A DNA stretch of 64,000 nt from Octopus vulgaris (taxonomy: Eukaryota): positions 33,666,001 through 33,730,000 of the forward strand of contig OX597832.1 in NCBI GenBank assembly GCA_951406725.2, written 5' to 3'. This document shows positions 41,727 through 56,340 of this stretch, in pieces. The notes beneath the pieces were generated by a model that did not search any database, had not been told where the DNA came from, and worked only from the letters and a program-made list of their open reading frames with translations. Positions within the stretch are counted from its first letter, which is position 1; each line of letters starts with the position of its first letter. Made by a program: the position numbers and the translations under genes.

Positions 41727-42669
41727 CACAGTTACACAGACACACGGACACGCACACACGGACACGCATATATACAAATATGCAAATTAGAGTGAATGAT
41801 CGCATCTAGAAGGATTTTGGCTGAGGAAAAACTGCTTGATCAAGACTGACCTGGAGGTAAACGAAACAAAAAAATAAGCGAAAAGATCGAAAGAGAAATA
41901 AAGCAACAAAAACAACTACAACATCACACTAGTTCCCATGCAGTTATTCTTATTGTCGTTGTTGTTTTGGTTGTTGTCGGTTCTTCCTCTTGAAATATTT
42001 CCTACTCTAAATAATATCATCAAATAAGCAAATTGAAAACTTTTTTTCTTTTTTATCAATTTACACATTTTCCGTTTTCGTTGTTTAGCATTTACTTTAC
42101 TTTCACTTTTAAAAATTGTGATATTTATTTCTATATTTATTTTATTGTTATCTTTTGTTGTGTCTTTTGCTTGTTTTCTGTTTTTATTTCAATTATGTTT
42201 TTGCCTTTCCCAGCTTCTTCTGAAAAGTCCGACCATAATACTATTAGTTATCTCATCTACTTCGTTTCATTATCATTTTCATTCTGCTTGTCTTTTTCTT
42301 TCTTTTACATTTTATTTTTCTTTGACATTTTATTTTATCAAAACACGCTGAGTGCTTTAAGCAAAGCAACGAAGAAAACCAAGAACATAAAAAAGGTGCA
42401 GAACAAAAGAAAATAATGGCTAACTAAAGAATAAGCTAAAACATAAACACACACATACAAAAACAACAAAACTGGAGATGAAAAACAGCAGGCAAGTCCG
42501 AAAACTATGGCTACAAAAGTATATAAGGTAGGTGAAGGAAAAAATATAAAACACACTTCCATAATTAAATTCTATTCTCTCCCAGCATTCCATTTGTATT
42601 TTCCATGTTCTAATCCAAGAATTAACGTTTTTTACTTATTCTTGTAATACTATGCATATATGTATATTG

Positions 42670-42700
<31 letters not shown>

Positions 42701-42938
42701 TGTATGTATGTATGTATGTATGTATGTATGTATGTAGGTATGTATGTATGAATGTAAGCATGTATGTATGTATGTAGACAGACAGATAGAGAGACTTATA
42801 GGTGAGAGACTAGATGAAGCTGATTCCAGGCACCATAATTTTAACCTTATGTACAAATGTATGAGAATATGCACGATTTTATATATATATAAATATATAT
42901 GTATGTGTATATATATATACATATATATATATATATAC

Positions 42939-43025
<87 letters not shown>

Positions 43026-43357
43026 TTATTCAAAGAGATTCCAACTCTGTTTTTTATGCTTTATTTATATTCTTTATAATATTAATGTAGAATATAGAAT
43101 GCATAATATAAATAGTATATATAGTAAAATGAAACGAGGTATTGATTGTCTTATTGAATAGATGAAATATTGAATATAAAATATTAAGGGACTAGTATAC
43201 TTTCTTGCATTAAAACAGTCTTCAATGTTCCAGGTTGGGACATGCATACACATATATATAAAGGTATGCTTGTATGTAAATGTACAGACTTGTACATTTT
43301 ATCTTATATATGTATCCGTATGCATATACTTGCATATCTAGACATGTTCATATATAC

Positions 43358-43830
43358 TTAAATGATAAACTTCTGGAAAGTTTTACAGATTTTTACACTT
43401 CTAGTGATGCGTTGGATCTGTAGTGTTCGAATTAGCTTTCTCCTTTGTGGTTTTGAGAAGCCTAAATTCTTAGTCCCAGCGCCCTATTAATTACACTTAT
43501 AAACCTGAATTCGCAATCTGGATAGAGTAACTGCAGATTTTTCAATAGTTCAGCGTAGGCATTCTATTTTTCACTGATCTCCAGCTTTAGGTAATCATTC
43601 CACAACTGTGCACAAATTCTGTTGTATATCACACATCATTATATCAGGTTTCTTGAACTTATATTTTATCGAAGTTCCACTAGTGCTCATTTTTTATTAT
43701 GCGTTGCTATGGCTTCTGCTATACCGTCGGTTCTTATTTCTTTCTCCTCGGGGTTATCCTTCCGACGTAGGTATATATGCATATTAGCAACGACCCACAG
43801 GAATCTTAGAACGGTGTGCGACTTCCTGAA
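43358..43830 (-). mobile_element. RLE-type LINE C-terminal fragment
   Basis: Minus strand KKPDIMMCDIQQNLCTVVE...NAYAELLKNLQLLYPDCEFRFI...KNLGFSK..RKLIRTLQ..VKICKTFQKFII*. Confidence 0.7.
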
Positions 43831-44400
43831 ACACCACTGGGAGTGAGGTATCCCTCAACTTTTGCTAAAACATGCCTCAAAGAAAAACGCCAGTATGATA
43901 TAAAATTTGAAATGCAGGGAATGAGAATGCAGATGTTGGAGATCTTTTGCTTGCGCTTCAGCTCATAGCGCTCCCTTATCCGTGACCTTGAGACTCGTTT
44001 GGCACAGGGTATCGTGCCCTGGCTTGTCTCTGGAACATTCCAGTAGGGTGAATATTTTACAGTTTGTACAAGCCTTATTAGACTTAAAATTCTGGATTAC
44101 ACGATCGTCGCGTGAAATTCCGATGCTCGCCCAAGGAAAAGGCCCCACAGCAAGCATAGAATGTGTAGGCGAAAGCCTAAATGAAGCCGACCATAATGGT
44201 CTAAACTTTTGCATGGGCAATGGTCAGCGATTGTTTTCCTCGGTCATGAATAGACAGCCATCATGTATGTACATGTATATTGCTTCCGGTGGCCTGAGAA
44301 CTTACATGAGGAGTGATCAGGCGAAGCGAATGAACTGTAAATATTCCTGAAAGGTAATAACAGTAATATATATATATATATATGTATGTATGTATGTATA

Positions 44401-44439
<39 letters not shown>

Positions 44440-45410
44440 ATACATACACTAGTGGCGACTCTGGCAACGGGCTGTTTGGGCTTTGCCCAAGTATAAATTT
44501 AGTAAAGTGAACGTGTATTTGCAAGCTGATTTAATTTCTGCCAATACTGACTTCAAGTATGTCATTTTAACTAATAGCTCGGGTTCCTTTTCTGGAGACT
44601 GGTGGCAGTTCAGTTATTATTGTTCAGCATGTAGCGGTCGTTTTAGAAGTGCGAGTGTCAAAAAATATCATTCGTAGCAGAGGTTCTCTCGACATCGTTC
44701 ACACGCGCCTGACTCGGGCTCGGAAGTGACTATCCAGTATACTTGAGTTCTTTAAGGAGAACATCGCACACATCCTAATGAAATACCAGTACAGAATGGA
44801 AGCCAGCACAGCTGGACACCTGTTTATTATCTTCCATTCACGGTACGTGAAGAGGAATTTATAGCTGACTAGACAAACAGCGACGATTAAACAATGGTGT
44901 TATGTATTCTAGCAGATCACGAAAGTATATTTTACAAAACAATATGACAAGGGGTTTATCGAATAAACATCTTCGGTTTAACTTTTAAAATATATTAAAC
45001 CGCTGCCAGGTTCGTACTGTGTTTGGTATAATAGGCAGAATAATGTTAAGAAAATATTATGAAAAATATTTCGTGTGTTTAAGGGACGCACGAGAATATA
45101 ATTGGTTAGGTGGAAAAGAAAACGATTATCTTTTGGAAATCTGATAATTCCTAAAATTACGTTAATGTAAATATTTGTTACTTTCAAAATAACTAGGTCT
45201 GACCAAATTTAAGGAGGGAAATGGCAATAAATACACACATACATACATACACATGTTTATACTTATATAAATATATATATCAAAAGAAGCAACACGTTAT
45301 TTATAGGTGATTTTATTCACTTTACTTTGAGTTGTACGGATAATATCGCACTGTTTGGTGCTTTAACTTAAGTACCTAATTCAATTGAATCTCAATTATT
45401 CCTTATATAC

Positions 45411-45445
<35 letters not shown>

Positions 45446-46418
45446 CATATTTATATGTATGTATATAGATAGATAGATAAATGGATATTTATATATATTT
45501 ATAAATATACTCACACTAACACTATATATTTTATAGACCCTTTATTGCTTGTACACAGATTGAACATTATATTCTCTTTGAGTATTGAAAGGGCGGGAGT
45601 AAGTCATATCCCGGCAAGAGCTTTTATGGGAATGCCTGTAGCATAGATTCTACGGGGAAAATACAGAGACGAAATAGCGCGATTCATGAGGACGCCGTAT
45701 TAAATGTGTCAGCAATCTAGCAAATTAACCGACTGACATATGAAATAGGATCAGTGCGTACGTTCATTATTGGTACAAAGTCCCTCACGGCAATAATGCA
45801 TCCACAAGGTGTTTTGCGTTTCCCTTTTTATTGCCTATTAAATTTCTTTCGCATAGCTGTTGGTCGACACGAATTTATGGTAGAAAATACTTTTTTAATG
45901 TCCTGCGTGTTGGATCGAACTAGACACCACATCTTTACAGTTTGTGTGCAATTTTCCTTTTGAAATCAGTATATGACTGTACAAATAAGTTATAATTGTC
46001 GGAAATCATGTTTTATTCTTGTAATTACAGCATAGCATCAAAGAAAAGAACGAGGTTTCGATTCCTGTGAGGGATCCATTTTATTATCGACCTGCCCATT
46101 GACTGTGTGAGTCGGCTCGGCTCAAATGCAATATATTTCTTAAATCTACACACACACCAAGTCACACATGAAAAATACACACATATACAAATGCAAAGAA
46201 GTATACACATTTTACACTGTCTTTACACATACACATACACGCAAATTCACAACTATTCAAATATCATGTTATGTATTATATAGGTACGTGTGTGCGTATA
46301 TATCTTTATATGTGTAGCTGTATTTAGATTTCAATATATATGTGTGTGCATGAGTAACTTTATATGTGTAGAGATATTCAGTTGTCAGTATATTTACAGA
46401 TATACATGTGAGTGTGTA

Positions 46419-46468
<50 letters not shown>

Positions 46469-47559
46469 CACACACACACATATATATATATAGTGAGAGA
46501 GAGAGAGAGAAAGATTGATAGATAGATAGATACATGCATACAGATATGCATATATATATTACGTAACGCATTTTGGTCATATATGGATGTATATATGTGT
46601 GTATGTATGTATAGGTATTCTATATTTTTATGATGCATCGTCGTAAAATCCGAAAACTGGATGTCTTGTTATGTGAGAATAAATTCTTTTCCAAAAGAGA
46701 ATTTAGAATAGTAAAATAAATATAATAAAATACGTAAACGATAAAAAAATGTCGAAAAAGAAATAAAATTCAACTCCATATTACTTTCCTGATTTCATTT
46801 CAGTCGATATTCGTTATATTATTTTGTCATATTTGATTATTTGTAATATTAGCATTATTATTATCATTAATGTTTTCATTATTACTATTGATATTGTTTA
46901 TATTATTACCAACATCATCATCGTCAACTCTATTATCCTTATTTATATTACTATCAAATTTTACATTTATTTACATTTTTCTTGTGTTTTTTAGTTACGA
47001 TTTCGAAAACTTGTTTGATTTATATAATTAATGAGTAAGACGATGGCATATTTCGGTTCAATGTTCTCAAATTAAAGGATAATTTATAGCTAAGATACAC
47101 CGCTGTTATCGTCAATAACAGTTATCATTTCTCCAAGACTGGAATTATTACAGTATTAGCTGGATATTGATCTTAATTGTTGAAAGTTTTCAACTTACAA
47201 TTTTCGTTTATGCTGTGGCTTTTCTTTTTGCTTTTCTCGCTGTTGTAGTTGGTCTTTTTAATTAAATTTTGGCTTGTTTTGTTGTTGAGTAATATTGTAT
47301 GTTTTCGTTCATATTTATTTGATTTATTTGTGAATTCGTTTGGTATGATTGCGGTTGTTGTTGCTGCTTTTATTTAAATATTATTTTGGCTTTGATTGTG
47401 ATTAGTATTGGTTGAATTTCTCCGGATTTACATTTTTAAATCAGCCAAGATAAGATTTAAAATCTTTATTTAGTATCATCTCTACATTTTCCTAGCATGA
47501 CTGAGCTTAGGAACATTTCCATACATTATATGTACATTTTTAATACAGTTTTTAACTTC

Positions 47560-48550
47560 AAAATATCACCACTAATCTACCCGCGGACAAAACCCGTTTA
47601 GCTCTTCAACCTCCATTCGAAAACAATAGATTGTTGCCCATTGCAGATCCCATGAGCACTATCTCTGGAATTTCTGCCATTTTGGGGTTTTCTGGTATCT
47701 GAGTTAGGTAGCAATCAGCCCATTTTGCTATCATTCCTCGGGCACTTATGACAACAGGTATTGTTTTAGTCTTCAGGTTTCACATTTTGCCAATTTCTAT
47801 TTCAAAATCTTTATACCGGCTCAATTTTTAGTAGGTCTTCACAAATACCTTTATATCGATTGGGACAGTTATATCAATGAGGAGGCATTATTTTTGTCTG
47901 AAGTCTTTCAATATGATGTCTGGCATATTTGCATCTATCTTTCTGTCAGTTTGAATGGTGAAGATCCAGATGAGTGAGATGCGATCATTTTCAAGCGCTG
48001 GGGGGTGGTTTGTGTTCCCATCAGTTTTTATCACGGGGAAGGTCCAGGCTTTTGCAACTTACCCAGTGAATATATTGTGCTGTCCTATCATGCCTGTTGA
48101 GATACTCTGTAGGCGAAAGAAGACTACACATGGAGACAATATGATCCTTTTGTTGTTGACATACATGACATGATAGGCAGCTGTCGTTCTTTAATATTTT
48201 GACCTGGTAGCGCCTTGTAGGAATGCATTAATCTTGCCCTACTATGATAAACCCTCCTGTTTCTGATTTTAAGCCAGAAACCATTAGCCTTCGATGGGTA
48301 AGTGATTTGTCAACATCGGCACTATCAGCTCTCTTTGGGTATTTGCCATTGAGATGTTTTTCTTGCCAATTATCAGTCAGAATATCTAACACAGCAGTTT
48401 AAGCACAGGTTGTCATAAGCTTAGATTTTTCTGTGCTTCTTTCTAGTAGGTCTAATTCCGGAATTTGTTGTATTTGGAATTCACTTATACATTCCTTTGC
48501 CTGTTTTGTTTTCTTGTTTTCATGCTTTGAGACAAGTTTTAGCATCCAGT
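47560..48550 (-). mobile_element. R4/Dong-like LINE 3' portion, decayed
   Basis: Minus strand GKYPKRA, SGLKSET, IQTDRKIDANMPDIILKD, LLIDITVPID, YKDFEIEIGKM, IPVVISA. Confidence 0.8.
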
Positions 48551-48870
48551 CATCTTATTATTATTGTTGTTGTTGTTGTTAGTTTTGTTGTTATTATTAA
48601 TATTGTTCTTGTTATTATTGTTATCATTATTATTTTTATTATTCGCATTGCAAAAATTCCTCTGTATGTCCAACAAGAGGAAGGATAGCACAGCAAAGAA
48701 GATCTAAACTTAAGCGTAAGTTAAGTTGAAGCTAGTGAAAATCATTGCCTTGATTGATCTGCATGGCGTAAAATTTGTCACGATGCCACCAAACAAGATG
48801 CATTCAAACACTCATATATCGAAACTGACGGCAGTGACCATTATTATTATTATTATTATTGATACTGTTA

Positions 48871-49078
48871 CGGCGGAGAGCTGGCAGAATCGTTAGCACG
48901 CCGGGCAAAATACTTTGGGGAATTTCGTCCGTTCTTGCGTTCTGAATTCAAATGCTGCGGATGTCCACTTTGCCTTTCGGGTTCGATAAAATTAGAACCA
49001 GTGGAGCACTAAGGTTGATGTAATTGACTTGTCCCTTCCCCGCAAATTTCAGACTTTGTGCTTTTAATAGAAAGTATT
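48871..49078 (+). mobile_element. SINE (alternative-tail subfamily)
   Basis: ggcggagagctggcagaatcgttagcacgccggg head; tail aaatttcag..ttgtgc..tagaaa. Confidence 0.8.
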
Positions 49079-49564
49079 GGTGTTGTTGTTGTTGTTGTTG
49101 TTTTTCACGACTGACATTGTCTGACGTATTTTTCAAAGCGTTCTATCAAGCAAAATAATTCTACTAGGCCTAGAACTGTGTTGTATTAAATTTCCTCGCA
49201 TACGAATAGTTTCGGCAAGTTTAAAACGTACACGTTCTAGGCACAATGGTTTTGTTGTTTATAAGACGAATTTTATTTCTTCATGTTGGCCATTGACAAA
49301 AAGAAAAAGTAATTCACGAAACAATGAAGAAAGAAAGCAGAAAGAAGTTTGTCAAACGCAGAACTAGAAAACGTTGTACACAAAGATACATTTGGTACAG
49401 ATGAAGAAACATTTTATTGTACTAGCTGTATACTGAGACTATGAACATGGTTACCAGTTCTCTTGTCACTAACAATATTTTAACAGTTGCAGAGCAAAAT
49501 CATAAACTTAAAAATATAAAATGGAGCTTTCCCTCAGGTTTACATGCTTGTGGAATGTTACTGA

Positions 49565-49799
49565 AGGCGGTGAGCTGGCAGAAACGTTTGTACTCCGGGC
49601 GAAATGCTTTGCGGTATTTCGTCTGCTGTTACATTGTGAGTTCAAATTCCGCCGAGGTCAACTTTGCCTTTCATCCTTTCGGGGTCGATAAATTAAGTAC
49701 CAGTTACGCACTGGGGTCGATGTAATCGACTTAATACCTATCTCTGTCCTTGTTTGTTCCCTCTGTGTTTAGCCCCTTGTGGGTAATAAAGAAATAGGT
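49565..49799 (+). mobile_element. Full-length tRNA-derived SINE with 10-bp TSD
   Basis: TSD atgttactga at 49555-49564 and 49800-49809; close match to 18632-18875. Confidence 0.9.
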
Positions 49800-51283
49800 A
49801 TGTTACTGATTTGGAAGGTTAGGATTTAGGTGTTTGTCTCGTAAATGGTTAGCTTCAGTTTACAATCGACTGTGACTTATATTTTGCATTCTTCTTTATA
49901 AGGTTCTTGGTTATATATTCGTCTATTAAATAGTTGGCATGCATTTGCTTCATACAACAAATGTCATATGTGATCTGTGTAGTTTTATTGAGTGTTTTCT
50001 CTGATGTACTGATTCACGGCTCCTTTAATCTTCTCGTTATTCTACTCACGTGCAATACATAATGTACAGGCATTAAACCGAGACCTTATGATCTTCACAA
50101 CTCAAACCCATTAGACTGCAACCGTGCATTTAAATTTAAGTTAGACGTTCCTTTAAATTACATTGTTTAATCATAATGCTATATATTAGAGTACTACGAT
50201 GCGCTGTTCTGCAGTTGTTGTTGATGTTGTTATAGGTGATAGTGTTGACGATTTGTCTAGTAATTCTCCAAGTGAGAAAAAACAGGTTCCATAAAAACAA
50301 TTATTGGTTACGTCGTTTGAAACCGACCTCACTTATTTCAACATCACCTTTGCATTAATAAAAAAAACCCAACGAATTTTGCATAACACGTCCTTTGACG
50401 TGAAACCATCTTAATTTTATTACCGATAGCACCTTATAAATTGCTTATAAGTTCTTCCCGCGCCAACACTCCTACAACTATCATTGTTTCAAACCCAACA
50501 CAAAACTGGCTGAACAAGACCATACTCAGATGCACCGTCACCCCCGAACATTTAATAGAAGGGACACGAGACAATAGTATTGACTGTTTGTTTATTTTCA
50601 AGAAGTCTGGTGACGTATAGAATCAGTCACCGTCGTTTGTTCTTGAGATCTTTCTAAATGAATGGCAGACAGTTGAATAAGAGACCCGGCATAGTAATCA
50701 CTGTTACGTCTATATATCGGTTACTTCTTATGGCTCGCATACATCAATCGGGTTTTTAACCCTTCTTTGAGAGTATCAGCTATATCAGATTACGGTTTCA
50801 ATGTAACTAATACGCTGCTACAAACGTAAAATTAATTAATTAATTTAGTGATTAACGATTTCAATTTCGAAAGACATCATTTATTGTTAGTTTTCATTGT
50901 TGCTACGAAATGTGGTTTTACTTCAGCTGTTTCTGAGGTTCGGCCATTTTGCAGTCGCTAAAATAAGATGTTACATGATATAAACAAGATGCTTTCAAAT
51001 TCTGTTTTCCGGACGAAAAACAGAACACGCAAGATGCGGTGAGGTGTTGAGGGGGTGAAGAGAGATGTTTTGAAGGAACTGCGGTAGCCGTGTGTTCTGG
51101 TATTCTCTACATTTGCAAATTTGATCAGAAGTGACATAGAATTAATTGGTTGTTAGAGAAAAGAAAAGTTGTTTTGGAAAGAAGAAATAGATTTTGAGAC
51201 AATTTCGATAAGCAAGTCAGGAATATCTGTCAGTAGACGTTAAACTGTAGGGATTTTCAAAAAGCTTTTCATAGTATTGCAGC

Positions 51284-51322
<39 letters not shown>

Positions 51323-51641
51323 AATTCTTTAACCCCAGGTCAGCTGTCATTCTGCACACCTTATGATAAAAAGCGTCACTGACGTGGTGCAGCAATTCCT
51401 TCATCGATCTATGAGTTTGCACGACTGCTTTATCCAATGTGTATTTCTTGATTTTGTGAATGTACATTTAGACTCCTACTTGTTGTATGTAAACCGTCGG
51501 TATACAGGCTTGCTTGTTGGCGCTGAAGAATGATAAGTAACGTCGACCCCGATTGAACGGACACAAGCACAGACAATCCAAGTGCGATTAACCAGGCGAA
51601 CTAGACATCTTATATATTTATTGACCTAAACACAGTGTCTC

Positions 51642-51707
<66 letters not shown>

Positions 51708-51720
51708 CGGGCTGGTTGCC

Positions 51721-51767
51721 CGCGACAGACGATGAGCCAAGAAGCTCGAAAATGAGTCAGTCTCGCG
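51721..51767 (+). ncRNA. Degenerate type I hammerhead-like fold
   Basis: CGCGA-CAGACGA-U-GAGC(CAAGAA)GCUC-GAAA-A-UGAGUCA-GUC-UCGCG: 5-bp helix I, 4-bp helix II; U4A and C15.2A substitutions. Confidence 0.5.
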
Positions 51768-51930
51768 ATACCGTTGTCTGCTAGAGGACGATAGGGGTTC
51801 GCTTCTCTTGCTAGCAATATCTATAGTCTATAAAGTGTGCAGCGTCGCACCGGTAACCAATTAGCGGCCGATGTGTCTGGGGTTAAACTAGTAGCAACAT
51901 GGAACAGTCACTTTGACGGGCGATTGATTT

Positions 51931-51970
<40 letters not shown>

Positions 51971-52492
51971 GCGAGAAAGAAGCAACAAGAATGGATAAGT
52001 TTTTAGTACAATCGTTTCATACAAAGACAGGCTTTATTAAAAGTTGCAAAAATTGCAGCATATAAACGTGTCCCGTACTCATCAGCTAAAATACATGTGA
52101 CTTCTCTAGACATCTTAGTGGTTGAGGCTATACTCATGAAGTAATGTAGATAATTAAGTAACATAAACAGATTTCCAAAGTTCATTAAAGTTCTTTAAAG
52201 ATGATGTACAGTCTTATCACAGATTTTTTAAAAAGTTTTAATAGCATCACAGAGAAGGTGACTTAATCCATAGTGTACATATGAATTTCCAGAGATATGA
52301 GGAGGGATTACATACTCACAGACGACAAATTTATCCATGGCTAATCACAACGAGGTGGGTCTCAATTCCTGCTTGAGTACGGGAGTACGGGACACGTTTA
52401 TATGCTGCAATTTTTGCAACTTTTAATAAAGCCTGTCTTTGTATGAAACGATTGTACTAAAAACTTATCCATTCTTGTTGCTTCTTTCTCGC
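51971..52492. repeat. Perfect 110-bp inverted repeat with 302-bp spacer (Penelope-like inverted pseudo-LTR arrangement)
   Basis: 51971-52080 is the exact reverse complement of 52383-52492; the wider element (about 51971-52610) is bounded by (TA)n on both sides. Confidence 0.92.
52001..52091 (-). ncRNA. Type I hammerhead ribozyme (near-canonical)
   Basis: UUUUAG-CUGAUGA-GUACGGGACA...UGUCUUUGUAU-GAAAC-GAUU-GUA-CUAAAA: 6-bp helix I, extended helix II (closing pair G-U), 2-bp helix III; predicted cleavage between 52007 and 52006. Confidence 0.8.
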
Positions 52493-52609
52493 TTATAATC
52501 ACCCCACATTACTGTATTGTTAAAACCGTATAGTTTTTTGGTGCATCTAAGTTAGGTACCATATTCAAGTAAATTCATTAAAATTGACTTGAATCTTTAT
52601 TGCTTTTTG

Positions 52610-52654
<45 letters not shown>

Positions 52655-52661
52655 ATGTGTG

Positions 52662-52708
<47 letters not shown>

Positions 52709-54363
52709 ATATATACACACAATATACATGCACACTTTCATACATTCATATCTAAATATCTATCTATATATGTATAAACACACATATAAATATATGCATG
52801 CATATATACATGCGTCATATATACATCATACATCATTCATATTGTTCCGTTCAATTGTAATAAACACTTATATTAATCTGATTTGATACTCTATAGTTTT
52901 GTTTCGTAGAGGTGGAATACGCTGATGCTTTGGAGAAACATTTATTGAATACATTTGGTGTTGTGTTATTGTTTAGAATTCATTTATGTATATTGAAATT
53001 TGTAAGCAGGTTTGTACGTTTAGATTGGTCCCCTTCAGGTCATAGAATTCGCTTTAGTGGTTCGAGAACAACACGGTGTGCCGGCAGTTTTAGGATATAT
53101 AATTATATGTGTTGATGTAGGTTTGTTGACTTATATTTAGCTTTACACTAAACAAGTACTGAAGAAATTTTCTAAAAATTTCCTCATCCACAAAAATATC
53201 TGTAACAAGGAAGTTGGAAAACACTTTGCCATTTAATTCTCTTCGTTATATTTATTTTAACATTAAATTTTATTCCCGGTTATATACATTATTATATACA
53301 CACACTTTCTAATAACTCATATTCGCATAGGCTGAAAATAATGATATAGTCACGTTTGAAACGGAATCGAAGAAGTAATTATAAACCCATAGCCTACAAA
53401 CTGTCCTACATAAAACGTAATGGCTATAATGGTTATAGAACAATGAACCCCAAGAGAGAAACTCACAGACTTTATACCTGCACAAAGCCTGTTGTGGACA
53501 TCAAAACACAAAATAAATAAATGTCAATACTATCAACATGGCAGGCCAGATTAATAAACCCCACATTCCAAATACAAACAGAAAATTCTCAAAAGAACAA
53601 CAAGAAACTGTTCGGCTAAATCGTGTCACCTACCTACATTATTTGCTGAATCCTTAGAAAATTCCATTAAAAATGTTTGGGCAATTATTAAATTTTTTCT
53701 ATGCCGGAAAGAACTTTGAACCTTTGACCTTTATGTTTTCAATACAAAAAGTAAATCCAATAAAGCAAAAATAAATTAAACTTCTGCCATATCGTCTGCC
53801 ACATTCCATCATTTAATGTGAACCACTTAATACAATCCCGTCAGCTGAAAGGAAGACATCTAAGCACAGACACACCTATTTGCAAAGTCCTACATACATA
53901 AATATATTCTAAAAAGTAACATAACACCAAACTTAATCGATAAAAATTTCTCTAAAATACCTCTCTAACACAACCCACCAACAACCTAATTATCACTTCC
54001 TTTTTATCTGTCATTGTATTTGAAGTATTTTGGCTGGTATTTCAAGCAGGTTAGATGACCGAGTGGAGATACGTCATTGTTCTTTAATATTCGTCTTCAT
54101 ATATATATATATATATATATATATAAGTGTGTGTGTGTGTGTGTTTTGTTTCTGTATGTGTGCTCTTTTTGTCTGCGTTGGTCCTCACCACCGTATGGCA
54201 TCCAGTGTTGGTGTATTTACATACTGGTGACTTAGCGGTTCGAATAAAAAAGGTATAGATACGACACAACCATTTGAACACTATAAACAAATTAATTGTG
54301 CAGGTCGTTCCGCAAAAATTGGAACGCTCATACGTCATTTTCGACGTGAGAGTTCATCATATA

Positions 54364-54443
<80 letters not shown>

Positions 54444-54449
54444 CGTGAC

Positions 54450-54785
54450 GTGGCGCTCCGTCGTTTGCGACGACGAGGTCCCAGTTGATCCAATCAACGG
54501 AAGAGCCTGCTCGTGAAATTAACGTGCAAGTGGCTTAGCACTCCACAGACACGTGTACTGTTAATGTAGTTTTTCGGGGAGATTCAGCGTGACACAGTGT
54601 CTGACAAGGCTGGCTCTTTGGTTGTGGTGAAAGAGTGCAGCAGGGTTCGCCACCACCCTCTCCCGGAGCCTCGCGGATCTTTAATTGTTTTTGCTTAATA
54701 AACTCTCTCAACACCCGGTCTGGGGATGAAAATCACGATCCTACAACCGCGACTCCGCTGCCTTAACTACGGGGCCATTGCGCCT

Positions 54786-54788
<3 letters not shown>
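54450..54788 (-). mobile_element. tRNA-derived SINE inserted in (TA)n
   Basis: Minus-strand head tggaggcgcaatggccccgtagttaaggcagcggagtcgcgg (A-box-like, decayed B box); body matches 41338-41450. Confidence 0.8.
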
Positions 54789-54840
<52 letters not shown>

Positions 54841-55810
54841 CACATATACAACCTAGCTGACATGCACACCATGTTAAGATATGTAACAGGTAATGTATAT
54901 CTTCATTACTAGTATGCAATTTATATTGAAGTGTGAAGGCAGCTGATGCTCTCATCATTGAACGCCCGTTTCCATTATCAATCGAAACTGTGGTTAAAAG
55001 TTAACAAGTGGCCATGACAGAATCTTTTGAAATCCTGACCGTTTTTCTGTATTCAAGGTGCCGTCCCACCAGTATTAGTGTAGGTACTCAATAAGGATTA
55101 TTTTCGGTGCTGTTTCAGTGTACTTTGAATCCGAGTGGTGGCGGTGGTGAGGGCTTCCATTGCACATTTACACTCTGACGAAGGAAAGAGCTGTGGAATT
55201 CTTTATAATCACTTTTGCGACAGAGTTCATACGGAAAACATTAATATAGAAGTTGAAACGTTCTGAATCAAGAATAGTAAATTTAGCGATAATACACTGT
55301 ATGTATTATGTTAAAAACTGTAATTAATTAAAGTTAATGAATAACACAATTGTTATCTAACTAATTATAGTAGAAAAATAATAAAAAAATTAAATATAAT
55401 CAAACTCTGAAATTGAATTTATTAAAATTAATCAAATTGAAATACACTCCCAAATGAATTCCATTTTAATTAATTTCCATTGAGTGCAGATTAACTATTA
55501 CTAGATGTTCAAAATACAACAAATATGCTACCCAAAACATATGAGACTATATATCGAAAGATTCACACCTCTGACCAAAATAGAGATGCAAATTCGATGG
55601 ATGAATGCCACTTTCGTTAAGAGCAAATGCCTGGAAGACAGGAATAAAGAGAAAGAGAAAGAAAGAAAGAGAGAGAGAGAGAGAGGGCTGTTTTGAAAGA
55701 GAATTAAATCTTACTCAAGTCATATACGAGCAACATGCGGTACGTTCAGTGTTAAATACACATAGCGCATACAATATTTGCACAATATTTATAGAAGTGT
55801 GACGTCAGTT

Positions 55811-55811
<1 letters not shown>

Positions 55812-55909
<98 letters not shown>

Positions 55910-55950
55910 AAGAAGAAGAAGAAGAAGAAGAAAGATGTTGCTGCTGCTGT

Positions 55951-55990
<40 letters not shown>
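55812..55990. repeat. Compound (AAT)n(AAG)n(GAT)n microsatellite
   Basis: Direct reading. Confidence 0.95.
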
Positions 55991-55991
<1 letters not shown>

Positions 55992-56166
55992 CAAGCTGGA
56001 GGGAGGATAGCATAAACACAAATATAACAAGAGCACGCAGAGAGCGCAAACCTGATATAAACTCGACTGCTTTCACAAACGAGAATACTAAAAACGATCA
56101 CGACCGCCCTCAAAAATTAATTGAAAAAAAACGGAAAAAACAAACAAAATTTCGGTTTTAGCCACA

Positions 56167-56340
56167 TCAATTCCCAAATCTGATCAGTTCGTGGCAGTCA
56201 CGGGTCCAAACATCCCTGAAAGTTTCATCCGAATGCATCCAGCGGTTCTTGAGATATCTTGTGTACGGTCAAACAAACAAACAAGCAAACAGACGCGACT
56301 GAAAACAATACCTCCGTCTTAGCGAAGGCGGAGGCAACAA
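56167..56340 (+). mobile_element. Helentron/HINE (DINE-1-like) non-autonomous element 3' end
   Basis: aagtttcatcc..gcggttcttgagat, then (AAAC)n, then terminal hairpin tacctccgtc-ttagcgaa-ggcggaggca; matches recalled HINE architecture. Confidence 0.55.

Noticed and set aside
44450-44530. hAT-like TIR (tagtggcg)
   Set aside because: No matching opposite TIR or 8-bp TSD found
53150-53900. Possible Penelope RT-thumb remnant (KRNGY-like string)
   Set aside because: Too degenerate to reconstruct a frame by eye
54720-54788. tRNA-like sequence (also the SINE heads at 18632 and 49565)
   Set aside because: No complete cloverleaf; continuous with SINE bodies
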